Of a stretch of DNA of 64,000 nucleotides, positions 18,101 to 30,708 are shown in pieces. This stretch comes from Enterobacter phage phiEap-3. The position numbers and the translations under genes were made by a program. Location: sequence record KT321315.1. One strand, written 5' to 3'. The notes beneath the pieces were generated by a model. The model saw only the letters and a program-made list of their open reading frames with translations, had not been told where the DNA came from and made no database searches. Positions within the stretch are counted from its first letter, which is position 1, and the number at the start of each line of letters is the position of its first letter.

Positions 18101-18221
18101 GTTCGATTGCTCAGGCGTTAAATATTCACAGTTCCGTAATTTGGTGGATAGACGACTGAAAGATGATGCAGGAAACCCACGTGATCCAAATCCTCCATCA
18201 CAGATTAAGGTAGGAAATTAA
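15135..18221 (+). CDS. 7: gp7 baseplate wedge initiator
   Basis: 1028 aa (T4 gp7 is 1032) in syntenic position. Preceded by a terminator plus late promoter. Confidence 0.9.
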   Translation: MIKAPSITSLRVDKLAANFVYLKWDDVGMDFYYVVELARSRDMDGTIIPDENLIWSQLGYSYENEWFSDQVAPNTRYKFRIQTTHEGFEPSDWVISDELWTFDENAYAYTTMREFTPADSFINEKFAKNNRDYVDFNDDVIMASLMVEDFVYSPLYSDVSQISDKILKQESYHEIQDHIEHVCNDIDRTFLVYSNGLLYLFERFQNMAKVSNDKGQTWYYYKALNDRVGNPVSRTVAYQSANTTYVLGYDRIFYGRTSTDIRWSSDEVRFSADDVTFAKLGNQSGLDFDVDSYNTYARLPGGVSKYAEAMACSSDWLYVAAKNVMRRIALRNTPIDTDPGSPTFGERIFDEVSYTIVPGNDKIVVKKMDVLNDRLYVLVTGEVKTAMMDPTVKANVIPSNDAGVYLWDETEKTFTRVYGKTEEERFYITHEYTNMSTNGDEVYISVGNYKYPGTLPDPDLVEKYPEDVHSAVKYDLVPGYTASISINFATVRANQNDPTVWNFGPQEYYNEANFSWHFRDKVSTWITNDNRPLVVYPETLYTLVTDSASPASTIRVNHEVWDKGTVTIYLNNIKFTGFTKYTNGVLLYRSGGRIIGFYELSYRARDELTIFWKPDNTLMVASLVNQERENPYTPDIEPGLIDPDLSHMITRFAPQSYLDNQQFEKFGEYYLQYISLGSNSYYNKLLNLIRNKYPREKNNVEYLWSEINRRNIYLDKTKREAVVRFFESRASDFYSTKGIEASYTFLFKLLYNEDVSVEIESSNSLEYDILVSSTNISQDIVGRTIYTPTGRANVTYIEREYENGQLRWSMTLHNAQGNFIEGQVVKSEKTNFTGMVIRGVRGKQMANNSIDYINRGRSYYVMKIRSNLPTSRYKDDVLRFVHPVGFGFMGITMLTVFINSGLSMTHNETIIDILRNYRFDSGYPKFWPDRIASMDGNGNQQFDLVTGEPLYTAHPRAGEPFDVPPEYDIEEKPLNGVLPSARRFDQSPLFDCSGVKYSQFRNLVDRRLKDDAGNPRDPNPPSQIKVGN

Positions 18222-19214
18222 ATGGCACAACAAAACTTGTATCGGTCGGTAATTACTGCAAAATTCCGAACCGAAAACTTGATGAACTTCAAAGATATGA
18301 TCGGCGATGCCGCCGATCTAAACACGATTTATATGTCTATTGGGCGAACTGAATCATGGGCGGATAACGAATCCGACCCTAACTTTGCCCCGCCATATCC
18401 AAATGATAGCACCGATGGTGTTAGTGATATGTGGACGCATATGATCGGGGCTACTAAAGTTCCTGGTGATATGATAGATGCAATTTTACCACGTAAAGAC
18501 TGGGGTGATACTCGCTATCCAAACCCGAAAATCTTTTACTTTAACGATATTGTTGTTGTAAACACCGCGCCTTATAACCGTACTGATCCGGGTAAAGGTT
18601 GGATGGTTTATCGTGTAGTTGATGTTCCTGATATCGGTTCTTGCTCCATTTCGAGCATTACCGGAAAACTTGAATGTATCAGGATCGGCGGTATCTGGAG
18701 TCCGTCTCATGAATCCAGTGAACCTCCACGCGGAGAAGCTAACGGGATCGACATGGGCGACGGCTATAAATGGGAATACCTCTACACAATCCCGCCAGAT
18801 GTCGTGATCAACCGCTGTACGAACGAACATATCGTAGTTCCTTTCCCTGGCGAACTGGAAGAGGATCCGGTACGTTGGGGTTATGATAACGTGATTCAAT
18901 GGTATCCAGGACAATACGATCTAGTGTATCGGTTGAAGGTGAATTCAATGCGTTTTCGTGCGTACATGGATTCTCTTTTCTTCCCGCAATCTACGCTCCC
19001 TGGTAACAAAGGGTTCCGTCAGATAAGTATTATTGTAAACCCGTTGATTAAAAAGGCAAGCCCGACCGAACCTGAAAAGAAAGCAACTGGTGATTACTAT
19101 AATGCTAACGCGCTTGAACCTGATTCCGGACGTATGATTTACATGGAAAACAGACAACCTATTATTCGCTCCCTTGATCAGACTGAGGAAGTGAGTATTG
19201 TATTCGAATTCTAA
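18222..19214 (+). CDS. 8: gp8 baseplate wedge subunit
   Basis: 330 aa (T4 334), syntenic. Confidence 0.9.
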   Translation: MAQQNLYRSVITAKFRTENLMNFKDMIGDAADLNTIYMSIGRTESWADNESDPNFAPPYPNDSTDGVSDMWTHMIGATKVPGDMIDAILPRKDWGDTRYPNPKIFYFNDIVVVNTAPYNRTDPGKGWMVYRVVDVPDIGSCSISSITGKLECIRIGGIWSPSHESSEPPRGEANGIDMGDGYKWEYLYTIPPDVVINRCTNEHIVVPFPGELEEDPVRWGYDNVIQWYPGQYDLVYRLKVNSMRFRAYMDSLFFPQSTLPGNKGFRQISIIVNPLIKKASPTEPEKKATGDYYNANALEPDSGRMIYMENRQPIIRSLDQTEEVSIVFEF

Positions 19215-19223
19215 GGAAAAACA

Positions 19224-20087
19224 ATGGCTTACCAAACAGCAAAAAAACTAATTGATGTCGGTGAAATCGGCAACCCATCAACAGGCGATCCGCTTTATGA
19301 TGGTGGTGTTAAACTGAACGAAATGATCACCAACGTTTATAATGCGTTTGGTGATGTGCGTATGCTGTCTGCAAACGAAGGTGTCGGTAACATGGTGATC
19401 CATGCTACCGGATACTATCAGAAATTACCACGCACTTACTATTCAAGTACACCGATCGAACTGGGTTCCCTGCATGACATGGATACTTCAACAGGTTCGA
19501 TTACCGTTGTTCTTCCTTCTGGTAAGGTTGGCGAAGGTTGCTACTTCATAAATAGTACGGGTAGTGTCTCTGTTGATCGTCCTATCGCGTTTCGTCCTCA
19601 AGTTGGCGATACAATCGCGGGGGTTGCAGACCAGTTGTACATCACGTCACCTTACACCTTTGTAAAAATATGGTGTACCAAAAAAGAAGGTGCGATCACA
19701 ACATGGGATTATTCTGTAGAATCTATGTTCGGTTCTAAAACGATGCCTGTTGACACTACGGCGCTTGTACTGAAAGCAAACCCGACTGCTATTCCTATGT
19801 TCGGATATAGCGAATTTAGCGGGGCTAAGGTGCTCGTATACGCAGAAAACGTAGCTGGTACAGTTACCAAAATGGCGGAAGTTTTAATGACCGTGGATCG
19901 TGTAAACAAAACGATTTATTCAACGGAATACGCTATTTTGAAAAACAGTGAAGATGAAATGTTTACATTAAACTTTACTGTCGGTGCTGGTGATGTCGTA
20001 TACGCTAACGTGCAAGCGATCAAAGAAGATCGAATTAAATTCACGATTAAAGCAATCGATACGATTAAATCAGGGATCGCGTCATGA
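19224..20087 (+). CDS. 9: gp9 baseplate wedge / long tail fibre socket
   Basis: 287 aa (T4 288), syntenic. Confidence 0.9.
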   Translation: MAYQTAKKLIDVGEIGNPSTGDPLYDGGVKLNEMITNVYNAFGDVRMLSANEGVGNMVIHATGYYQKLPRTYYSSTPIELGSLHDMDTSTGSITVVLPSGKVGEGCYFINSTGSVSVDRPIAFRPQVGDTIAGVADQLYITSPYTFVKIWCTKKEGAITTWDYSVESMFGSKTMPVDTTALVLKANPTAIPMFGYSEFSGAKVLVYAENVAGTVTKMAEVLMTVDRVNKTIYSTEYAILKNSEDEMFTLNFTVGAGDVVYANVQAIKEDRIKFTIKAIDTIKSGIAS

Positions 20088-21901
20088 AACAAGAAATTTT
20101 AATAGGTCAGGTTGTAGACGATGGTACAGGCGATTACCTGCGTCGAGGTGGTCAAAAGACTAACAGCAACTTTACAGAATTGTATAACATGTTGGGGGAT
20201 GGTGAGATCCCCCATCCAGCAGGTGCCTGGAAAACCTTTGCGGGTACGACGCTATCACCAAAATTTGGTGAATCATGGGCGTTGAATACCAGTGCAAACA
20301 AAATCACCGTAAACCTCCCGAAAGGCGGCGTAGGCGACTATAACAAAGTTATTCGTCTGCGTGATGTGTGGTCGCGTTGGGCTACCAACAACGTTAGACT
20401 GATCCCCGCAACTGGTGATACTATCAAAGGTTCCCCAACTCCTAAAGATCTGTTTAAAGATTTTATGGATGTGGAACTGGTGTATTGTTCTCCGGGCCGT
20501 TGGGAATACGTCGAAAACAAACAGATTGACAAAATCACAACTTCGGATCTGGCAACAGTAGCAAAAGAAACGTATATTGCTACTCAGGGACAAACTGACT
20601 TCCCTAACGTATTCGGTGTTGGTAATGAATACAACCTGCAATCGTTCGAAGTTTACTATCGCGGTAACTTGCTGTTCATCGATGAGAAAGACGGATTCAA
20701 TGCTGATAACTCAGACTATGGATCGATTGGTTCTGCTCCTGGTGAACTGGTTGCGCTTGATGGTAATTCAGTACGCCTTAAAAACCCGTGTAACGCTGGT
20801 GACACTCTTCAATTTGTTACCTATCTAGATGGGTTAGCAACATGGCGGTCGAGCTATGAAGCGTATGTGATGCGCATGTATCAGACTGGTGATACTTCTC
20901 TGGAAACCGTTCCTGGTGAACAGTGGGTAGGCGATCTGACAACCAAAAAAGAGTTTACACCTGCTGAATTTGGTGTTAACCCTCGCGTGTTGATTAACCC
21001 TAACTCGTTTGAACTGCTTCTCAACGGTAAACAACTGGTTAAAGGCGGTGACGCTGACTATCCGGCGTTTTCCTGTGAAGGTGCGGAAGGTGTTGATGAA
21101 AGTACGTGTGTTGGTAACTCTGGTACATGGGTTCCGTCAGGACAGGATTACAGCTTAGTATTCACTGATTCTGTAGTGACTTCAATCAAGTTTGCTCAGG
21201 AACTGGAATCCGGCGACGTTGTAACGATTCGTTGGTTTAACAATGATATTGGTACTCTGATGGATTGGGAAGGAACTGGCGGTATTAAAGAAAAAGCTGA
21301 TAAGGTTTATCTCAATAACGAAGAAGAAGTTATATTGACGAACCGTATCGAATATACCGATTATAATAACCCTTCTCAGAAAACAATGCGTAATACAGGG
21401 GAAACCTATCAGGGACGTATTCTGGATATTCAGGCTATGTTTGATATTATCCACCCGATCGGAACCATCTATGAAAACGCACACAACCCGGCAAACCCTG
21501 CTGATTATATGGGCTTTGGTGGTTGGAAACGTTACGCAGAAGGTTATTTCCTGGCTGGCTGGACATCAAATGCAGCGGATCCTGATTTCGCATTAAACAA
21601 TAATGATTTAGATAGTGGTGGTCAACCGAGTCATACGGCAGGTGGTACTGGTGGCGATCGTGGTACAGAAATCAAAATCATCAACGTTCCTGAACTTGTA
21701 TCAAAAGATAAAGTTCTGATTGCTGATGAAAATGGTGCTGTGATCATTGGTGGTTGTCAGTTAGACCCTGATGCTTCTGGCCCTGGATACACTAAATACC
21801 GTGAGGATACATTGAAAGTGAATCAGGGTAACACATTACCTGATAAAATCAAAACTATTCCACCGTATATGACTGCACATCGCTGGATAAGGGTTGCATA
21901 A
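20084..21901 (+). CDS. 10: gp10 baseplate wedge/pin
   Basis: 605 aa (T4 602), syntenic, with overlapping start/stop. Confidence 0.9.
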   Translation: MKQEILIGQVVDDGTGDYLRRGGQKTNSNFTELYNMLGDGEIPHPAGAWKTFAGTTLSPKFGESWALNTSANKITVNLPKGGVGDYNKVIRLRDVWSRWATNNVRLIPATGDTIKGSPTPKDLFKDFMDVELVYCSPGRWEYVENKQIDKITTSDLATVAKETYIATQGQTDFPNVFGVGNEYNLQSFEVYYRGNLLFIDEKDGFNADNSDYGSIGSAPGELVALDGNSVRLKNPCNAGDTLQFVTYLDGLATWRSSYEAYVMRMYQTGDTSLETVPGEQWVGDLTTKKEFTPAEFGVNPRVLINPNSFELLLNGKQLVKGGDADYPAFSCEGAEGVDESTCVGNSGTWVPSGQDYSLVFTDSVVTSIKFAQELESGDVVTIRWFNNDIGTLMDWEGTGGIKEKADKVYLNNEEEVILTNRIEYTDYNNPSQKTMRNTGETYQGRILDIQAMFDIIHPIGTIYENAHNPANPADYMGFGGWKRYAEGYFLAGWTSNAADPDFALNNNDLDSGGQPSHTAGGTGGDRGTEIKIINVPELVSKDKVLIADENGAVIIGGCQLDPDASGPGYTKYREDTLKVNQGNTLPDKIKTIPPYMTAHRWIRVA

Positions 21902-22569
21902 TGGCTTACAACAATATTTCAAAAACAAGGGAGGGCGCTCGCGTCCTCTCTAAAGAAGCAGATTACTTACAGTATGATACTTATGGTAAGTTGCCTCTGA
22001 TCGGCGGTAAACGTTCGATCGGCGAACCAAACATTGACCAAACAAAACGCGGTGTTCTGTATGGAAACGTACAATCCGCAATTGATGACCTGTATACGCT
22101 TATCGAGCAAATCCCGATTAACGGCGTTGTTACCATGACTGAGGATGCCCCTCCAATCGCTGTACAGCAGGTTGAGAGCGTTTCTTTTGATGGTATTGTA
22201 CAGAACATCGATTCAGACCAAGAACAGGCTGTAGTTCACGTATATGGCTTCCCTTTCATCTTTGATAATGGGACTAACGCCGCAACCGTTTGTGAAACTG
22301 CATACAACAAATTTTCTGAATTCGTTGCAGCGGAAAAATATTTCGCAGAAGTTAACCGCAAAGGTGTTGATGGTACGATCCTTGAATGTCGATTTATTGA
22401 TAGTGTTCCGCACCCGGCAACAAATATCTCAGAAAACGGTATTCGTCAAATCGGAACTATCGACGTAGCCGCAAAAAATGGCTATGGTTCATGGGTTAAG
22501 TTGGGTTCTGGTTTCTTACCTGATGTTACTCCGCAAGTAACCGTGTATTACTTCAAACGAATTGCATAA
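21901..22569 (+). CDS. 11: gp11 baseplate pin / short-fibre connector
   Basis: 222 aa (T4 219), syntenic. Confidence 0.9.
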   Translation: MAYNNISKTREGARVLSKEADYLQYDTYGKLPLIGGKRSIGEPNIDQTKRGVLYGNVQSAIDDLYTLIEQIPINGVVTMTEDAPPIAVQQVESVSFDGIVQNIDSDQEQAVVHVYGFPFIFDNGTNAATVCETAYNKFSEFVAAEKYFAEVNRKGVDGTILECRFIDSVPHPATNISENGIRQIGTIDVAAKNGYGSWVKLGSGFLPDVTPQVTVYYFKRIA

Positions 22570-22578
22570 GGATAACAC

Positions 22579-23964
22579 ATGAGTAACAATACAATCAACC
22601 ACGTAAGTGATAAATCCATTTACGTGACATTTGACCCAACAGGTACTGATTGGCCTGATACCATAACCAACGTACAAGATGCGTTGGAAAAAATAGGTAG
22701 TTGGGCGCGTACTGATACTGGGCTTCCTATCGCAACAACTTCTGTTCGTGGTATTGCTCAGATCGCAACCGAAGCTGATATTGACGCTGGCACGGATAAC
22801 ACTAAGATTGTTACTCCGAAACTGTTAGCATACCGTATGCAGAACCCTAAAGCATCACAAACCGTATGGGGTTATACGAAGTATTCGACTGATGCGGAAT
22901 CTACAACCGTAACTAACGATGCATCGTCTATTACTCCGCGATCACTGAACTATGTGTTCAATAACCGCAAAGGTACAGAATCGGTTTGGGGTTCTTCTAA
23001 AATCGCTACCACTGCACAGGCGGTTGCGGGTACAGATAACACTGTAACGATGACTCCGCTTAAAGTCAAGCAAGCGATCGCGTCTCTGGTTCCGGTTCAG
23101 TCAAGTGCGACCGAAAGCTCGCAAGGTCTGGTACAACTGGCAACAGTTGCACAGGTTCAGGCTGGTACGATCCGTGAAGGGTATGCAATTTCACCTTATA
23201 CGTTTATTCGTTTAACTGCAACTGAAAGCAACCTGGGCGTTATTCGTATCGCATCCCAGGCAGAAACGAACGCAGGGACTGATGACACCAAAGCAATTAC
23301 CGCGAAAAAATTAAATAATAGTCGCGCAACTGGTTCTCAATTCGGTGTTGTTAAATTAGCAACCACTGTAGGAAATGCAGCAAACACTGCACTTTCTTCT
23401 AATGCTAATGTATTACCTAGCGATCGTAATGCGGTAATTAATGGTTCTCTTTATGAGAATAATGCAATATATAACAACAAATATCAGACGTGGACAGATC
23501 TTGATTGGCATTTCCCAGTAGGTGCTATTATCATGACGGGTTTCCAGACTGACCACGGCAGTTTGTATATTTGTGATGGACGTTCACTGAATAAAAATAA
23601 TTACCCGTTACTGTTTGAGCGTATAGGTTATACATTTGGTGGTGGCGGCGATTGGTTTAACCTTCCAGACTGTCGAGGCGTTGCAGTACGTGGTCATGAC
23701 CGTGGGCGTGGACTAAACCCTAATCGTGGGTATGGTACATATGAAGGCGATATGTTGGGCTGGCACGAACACCCATTACAGCTTATCTACCAGAACGGTG
23801 GCAACATTCCGAAATGGCAAGCAGTTTACGAACTGAAAAGCGCCGAGAAGAATGACCAAAGCGCTCGCGTATTTGATGCTTCTATAACTAAAGCTACTGG
23901 TGTGGGCGGTGAAGAAACCCGCATGAAAAACATCGCATTAAACTACGTAATTCGTACTCAATAG
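22579..23964 (+). CDS. 12: gp12 short tail fibre
   Basis: Repetitive Gly/Thr/Ala-rich fibre sequence. C-terminal HxH motif (GWHEHPLQ) as in the T4 gp12 Zn site. 461 aa. Confidence 0.9.
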   Translation: MSNNTINHVSDKSIYVTFDPTGTDWPDTITNVQDALEKIGSWARTDTGLPIATTSVRGIAQIATEADIDAGTDNTKIVTPKLLAYRMQNPKASQTVWGYTKYSTDAESTTVTNDASSITPRSLNYVFNNRKGTESVWGSSKIATTAQAVAGTDNTVTMTPLKVKQAIASLVPVQSSATESSQGLVQLATVAQVQAGTIREGYAISPYTFIRLTATESNLGVIRIASQAETNAGTDDTKAITAKKLNNSRATGSQFGVVKLATTVGNAANTALSSNANVLPSDRNAVINGSLYENNAIYNNKYQTWTDLDWHFPVGAIIMTGFQTDHGSLYICDGRSLNKNNYPLLFERIGYTFGGGGDWFNLPDCRGVAVRGHDRGRGLNPNRGYGTYEGDMLGWHEHPLQLIYQNGGNIPKWQAVYELKSAEKNDQSARVFDASITKATGVGGEETRMKNIALNYVIRTQ

Positions 23965-23974
23965 AGGTTATTAA

Positions 23975-25726
23975 ATGATCATCGACAAATTAAATCCGTT
24001 GCCGAAGATCCCGTTTGTTGATGGCGTCCCAGATGACGCCACGACTCAAACGAAGATTCTTTGGATCAAAAACGGTGAAACTCTGGACGGTTCGCCAGAT
24101 AAAGTGTCAAACACTGGTAGTCTTAACCGAACTGGTGTAAACATCCAGCAGAACGCGGTTCAGTTAGAACAAAATACCATCACCCATAATAATAAAATCA
24201 ACGAAGTAATCGATCAGGTTAACTTGATTACTGAAAACATTGATGCTATTGGTGATGAAAGCGTAATCAAAAAAGTTAACCAGTTGGATCAGGATGTTCA
24301 GGCATTAACTTTATCGAACACCCAAACACAGAACAAGGTAGCACAGTTAACCCTTTCTGTAAATGCTCAGAACGATGAAATTGGTGAATACGATCCAGAA
24401 AAGGATCCTAAACACCGCACAATTCGTAATGATATCATTTACATCAAGAAAGAAGTTGGTTCATATCCGGGATTTAACGTTGATGGTGATGTTGATCCCT
24501 CTTCTACTGGTACTGGCCTTAAATACCGCGTACTGAGTAACCAACGTGCTATTTCTATGCAGGAAACCCGCATAACCAAACTGGAAGATGATTGGGCGCT
24601 TTCCGAAGTAGGACAACTGACAGAAGAAGTAAAAGAACTTCGTGCTGAAATGGGTGATTCTGGTCTTGCCACAACCCGATCAATCTATGCGCGAATTAAG
24701 ATCCTTGAGGATGGTTCTGTTGTAATGCAAAATGAACTTGATGCGATTAATAGTTATATTGGTCGCACGTCAGGTTCAACCAGTTCCATTAACGATCGTG
24801 TGAACAGTCTGGAAAACTCCGTTAGTTCTCTGGCTACACAAATCAACGATCCGGTAACTGGTATCACTGCACAAATTGCAACCATTAATGGTCAAATTGG
24901 TACGGTTTCTGCTCAGGGTAGTATCCGTTATGATATTGCGGAAAACAAACGCAGATTGATGGATATGGAAATGATTCTGGGTGAATCCGGTGATGAAGGA
25001 TTGCAGGGGCAAGTTGCGATCTTAACTGGTGACATTGGCGAAGATTCAGATCCTACCAGTATCAAAGGCCGTTTGAGTGTTGTTGAAGGTGAATTACGCA
25101 CCAACACTAGCGCACTCTGGGAACTGCAAGGCGTTGTAGGTAACTCTTCTAGTGGCCTCGTTGCAACTAGCCAGCAGGTTAACAAAGAAATCTATGGTGA
25201 TGGTGTTAGTGCCGATCCTGTTACTCGCGCTGGTTTGAAAACGACAACCCGTAACCTGTTCACTCAGGTAGGCGATAACGCAGAAGGTAACGAAACGGGC
25301 ATTTATGCACTGATTGCCGACCTTAATAAACGTGTTGAGGATTTAGAAGCGTTGAACATTGCACAGGCACTTGCAGATCGCGTAACTATCGAAGATCTGA
25401 ATGCTAAACTGGCTCTGTACATCAAAGAAGCTGACGCCGATCTCCGTTATGAGAGCAAAAACCCGCCGCTGGCATTCGGTACTAACCTAACTGGTGATAC
25501 TGAATACACTACTGGCGATCCATTGTCTCTAAGCGTAACTATGACTGGTGGTGTTTCTCCGCTGTCTTACCAGTGGACGAAAAACGGTGTAAACGTTGGT
25601 ACTGATGCTAACACATTTACCATCGATTCGCTACAGCCTTCTGATTCCGGAACCTACAAAGTAACGGTAACTGATGCAAGCCATAAAGTCATCGTTTCTG
25701 ATGAACTGGCGATCACTGTCGCTTAA
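23975..25726 (+). CDS. wac: fibritin (wac) with C-terminal Ig-like domain
   Basis: The N-terminal domain and the RTIRNDIIYIKKEVGSYPGFNVDGD segment match T4 Wac. Long coiled coils. The C-terminus ...YQWTKNGVNVGTDANTFTIDSLQPSDSGTYKVTVTD is Ig-like, not a foldon. Confidence 0.9.
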   Translation: MIIDKLNPLPKIPFVDGVPDDATTQTKILWIKNGETLDGSPDKVSNTGSLNRTGVNIQQNAVQLEQNTITHNNKINEVIDQVNLITENIDAIGDESVIKKVNQLDQDVQALTLSNTQTQNKVAQLTLSVNAQNDEIGEYDPEKDPKHRTIRNDIIYIKKEVGSYPGFNVDGDVDPSSTGTGLKYRVLSNQRAISMQETRITKLEDDWALSEVGQLTEEVKELRAEMGDSGLATTRSIYARIKILEDGSVVMQNELDAINSYIGRTSGSTSSINDRVNSLENSVSSLATQINDPVTGITAQIATINGQIGTVSAQGSIRYDIAENKRRLMDMEMILGESGDEGLQGQVAILTGDIGEDSDPTSIKGRLSVVEGELRTNTSALWELQGVVGNSSSGLVATSQQVNKEIYGDGVSADPVTRAGLKTTTRNLFTQVGDNAEGNETGIYALIADLNKRVEDLEALNIAQALADRVTIEDLNAKLALYIKEADADLRYESKNPPLAFGTNLTGDTEYTTGDPLSLSVTMTGGVSPLSYQWTKNGVNVGTDANTFTIDSLQPSDSGTYKVTVTDASHKVIVSDELAITVA

Positions 25727-25732
25727 CGATTA

Positions 25733-25756
25733 ACAAGGGGCTTCGGCCCCTTTTGA
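25733..25756 (+). terminator. terminator hairpin after wac
   Basis: aaggggcttcggcccctt with a UUCG loop, then ttg. Confidence 0.5.
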
Positions 25757-25764
25757 GGATCTTT

Positions 25765-26691
25765 ATGATTACGAACAACCCAGCACAATTAAAAGATGAA
25801 ATTCTGCGCCGTTTAGGTGCTCCGATCGTCAAAATCGAAGTGACAACCGATCAGGTTTATGACTGCATTCAACGAGCATTAGACCTATATGCAGAATATC
25901 ATTACAATGGATCTAACAAAGGGTATATCATTCTTACCCTGGGGCCGGACAACCCGAAAAATATTTTCGATCTGAGTAAAGAACACATTTTCGCAATTAC
26001 TAAAGTGTTGCGTACTAACATGGGTTCCCTTGTATCGATGGATGGTACTGCGGTTTATCCGTGGTTTACTGATTTCCTGATGGGCCTTACTGGTGGTTCT
26101 CTGGGCGGTGGTGGTTGTGCATCACGTACCTACGGAATGAACGCATACGGCGCGGATATGGGCTATTTTACCCAGATGATGAGCTATCAGAGGTCAATGC
26201 AAGACCTCCTGTCTCCGCTTCCTGATTACTGGTATAACGACGACACAGGACAGTTTGCAGTATACGGAACCGTTAAAGATGGTGATATTGTTGTTATCGA
26301 AGCAATGATCAGATCCTTTGTTGATGTACCCAGTATGGTCGGTAACGTCGCTGGATACGCTACAGCGGGTTCTGATGGTGAAGATAAGTCAACTATAGCA
26401 GATATATACAATAACCCCTACAAAGCCGTCTCAGGCGGTGTGAAGGCTGGTCAAGGTATGAGCGTTCAGGGTTCATCCTCTGCGTATAACAACCGTTGGG
26501 TGAAAGATTACGCAACTGCTCTTGTTAAAGAGGTAAACGGTCAGGTGCTGGCTAAGTTTCAGGGTATGCAATTGCCTGGTGGTGTTGCTCCGGATGGAAC
26601 CCGACTGATTCAGGAAGCTATGCAAGAAAAAGAAAACCTCCGTCAAGAACTTCTGTTACTGTCTGATGCACTTCCAGTGTTGATGATGTAA
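25765..26691 (+). CDS. 13: gp13 neck protein
   Basis: Strong similarity to T4 gp13 (LKDEILRRLGAPIVKIEVTTDQVYDCIQRAL; ...NNRWVKDYATAL...). Start taken at MITNN with a GAGGA RBS. Confidence 0.9.
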   Translation: MITNNPAQLKDEILRRLGAPIVKIEVTTDQVYDCIQRALDLYAEYHYNGSNKGYIILTLGPDNPKNIFDLSKEHIFAITKVLRTNMGSLVSMDGTAVYPWFTDFLMGLTGGSLGGGGCASRTYGMNAYGADMGYFTQMMSYQRSMQDLLSPLPDYWYNDDTGQFAVYGTVKDGDIVVIEAMIRSFVDVPSMVGNVAGYATAGSDGEDKSTIADIYNNPYKAVSGGVKAGQGMSVQGSSSAYNNRWVKDYATALVKEVNGQVLAKFQGMQLPGGVAPDGTRLIQEAMQEKENLRQELLLLSDALPVLMM

Positions 26692-26700
26692 GGAGGAAAA

Positions 26701-27447
26701 ATGCAAAATTGGGATGAAAGTCTGTTTGCACAGTTAGAAGATGGTTCCGGCGTCGATCGGAACCTAAGACAAGAAGTAACAAACCCGTATGTTAACTGGT
26801 ACAAGTATAACCCTACTCAACAGTTACATGATTCACTAACAGCCGAAGCAATTCAAATGAAATCTCCGGATATGTATTACGTCCGTCGAGAATTTGTTAA
26901 TATTGATAAAATTTTGGGTGAAGACCGTGAATCGAAGTTTACAAAATCGTGGAAAATTGCAGCATACATCGATTCGTATGCAAACTACGAAGGACAGAGA
27001 GACTTTTACAGCAAATTTGGTATGATGTCAAACGATGAAATGACACTTGTGATCAATCCTCGTTTATTTGCACATCAAACCGATGGCGGGATCCCTGTTC
27101 TGGGAGATTTGATTTATTTCCCTATGGATAACAGCCTGTTTGAAATTACATGGATTGAGTTTGACCCGTTCTTCCAGTTCGGCGATCGTCCTCAACGTAA
27201 AATCAACCTCGTTAAATTTATCTATACTGGTGAAGAATTGGATCCTAAACTGCAACGAAATGAAGGGATTAACCTTGCTCCCGATGCTGATCTGGATCTC
27301 GAACCTATTCGAAATCTTGATGGATTGGCTGATACCAATATTGAACAGTACGAAGAAGATCAAGCCTTTGAAGATGAAGGCGATGAATTCATTGAATCGT
27401 TTGATGTTGTTAACGGGCGCGGATCACCGTTCGCACAGTTCCCATAA
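26701..27447 (+). CDS. 14: gp14 neck protein
   Basis: 248 aa, syntenic; acidic C-terminus. Confidence 0.9.
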   Translation: MQNWDESLFAQLEDGSGVDRNLRQEVTNPYVNWYKYNPTQQLHDSLTAEAIQMKSPDMYYVRREFVNIDKILGEDRESKFTKSWKIAAYIDSYANYEGQRDFYSKFGMMSNDEMTLVINPRLFAHQTDGGIPVLGDLIYFPMDNSLFEITWIEFDPFFQFGDRPQRKINLVKFIYTGEELDPKLQRNEGINLAPDADLDLEPIRNLDGLADTNIEQYEEDQAFEDEGDEFIESFDVVNGRGSPFAQFP

Positions 27448-27527
27448 ATATAACCAGGGGAAACCCTATACATGTAAGGGTATAGGAGAAATCTTATACC
27501 CGCTTTAACCCATACAGGAAAAAGAAA

Positions 27528-28351
27528 ATGTTTGGCTACTGGTATAATAGTTCGCTGCGAAATTATATTGTCTTGATGGGTTGTCTTTTCAATCACGTGC
27601 AAGTTAAACGCATTCGCGGCGAACAAGAAAAATTTATCAAGGTTCCGATTACCTACGCATCAAAAGAAAAATTCCTGGCATCCATGAACAAGCTGAACTA
27701 TGCATACAGTCAGGAAAATGTTGCTAAAACGGAAACAATTTTACCACGTATGAATCTATCTCTCGTTGATTTGCAGTATAACGCAATTCGTAAAACTGGG
27801 ATCGCGGTAAACCAAAAAATGACGCAGTTACGCGCACCTGGAAAAACAGTAACGCAGTTTAACCCTGCTCCGTATCGTCTCATGTTCGAACTGGGAGTGT
27901 ATACCCGTTACGAAGATGATGTGTTTCAGATCATAGAACAGATACTGCCATACTTCCAGCCGCATTTCAACTGTCGTATTACAGAATTACATAAAAACGA
28001 CATTAAAATAGACCGAGATATTAAAATATCTCTGCAATCTGTTTCCCCTGATACATCGTTTGAAGGTGATGCAACGACACGGCGACACATTGAATGGTCT
28101 TTAATGTTTGAATTACAGGGCTACCTGTATCCGCCTGTTAACGAGATTAAAGGCGAGATCAGAACAGTATACACGGATTTCTTTTCCAATATGAACCCGT
28201 TGGACAAAGACAATTTTGAATCCGTTGATGCTCAGGTGGATCCGGTTGATATGCCTATACAGGATTACACGGGAGAAGAATACATTAAAACGTATGCTAA
28301 TGATATCCCAATTCCTAGCGGTGATCAACCTCCTAAACCGAGGGGCCAATA

Positions 28352-28352
<1 letters not shown>
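27528..28352 (+). CDS. 15: gp15 tail sheath stabiliser / tail terminator
   Basis: 274 aa (T4 272), syntenic. Confidence 0.9.
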
Positions 28353-30689
<2,337 letters not shown>

Positions 30690-30708
30690 ATTTAGAGGAA
30701 ACTTAATA

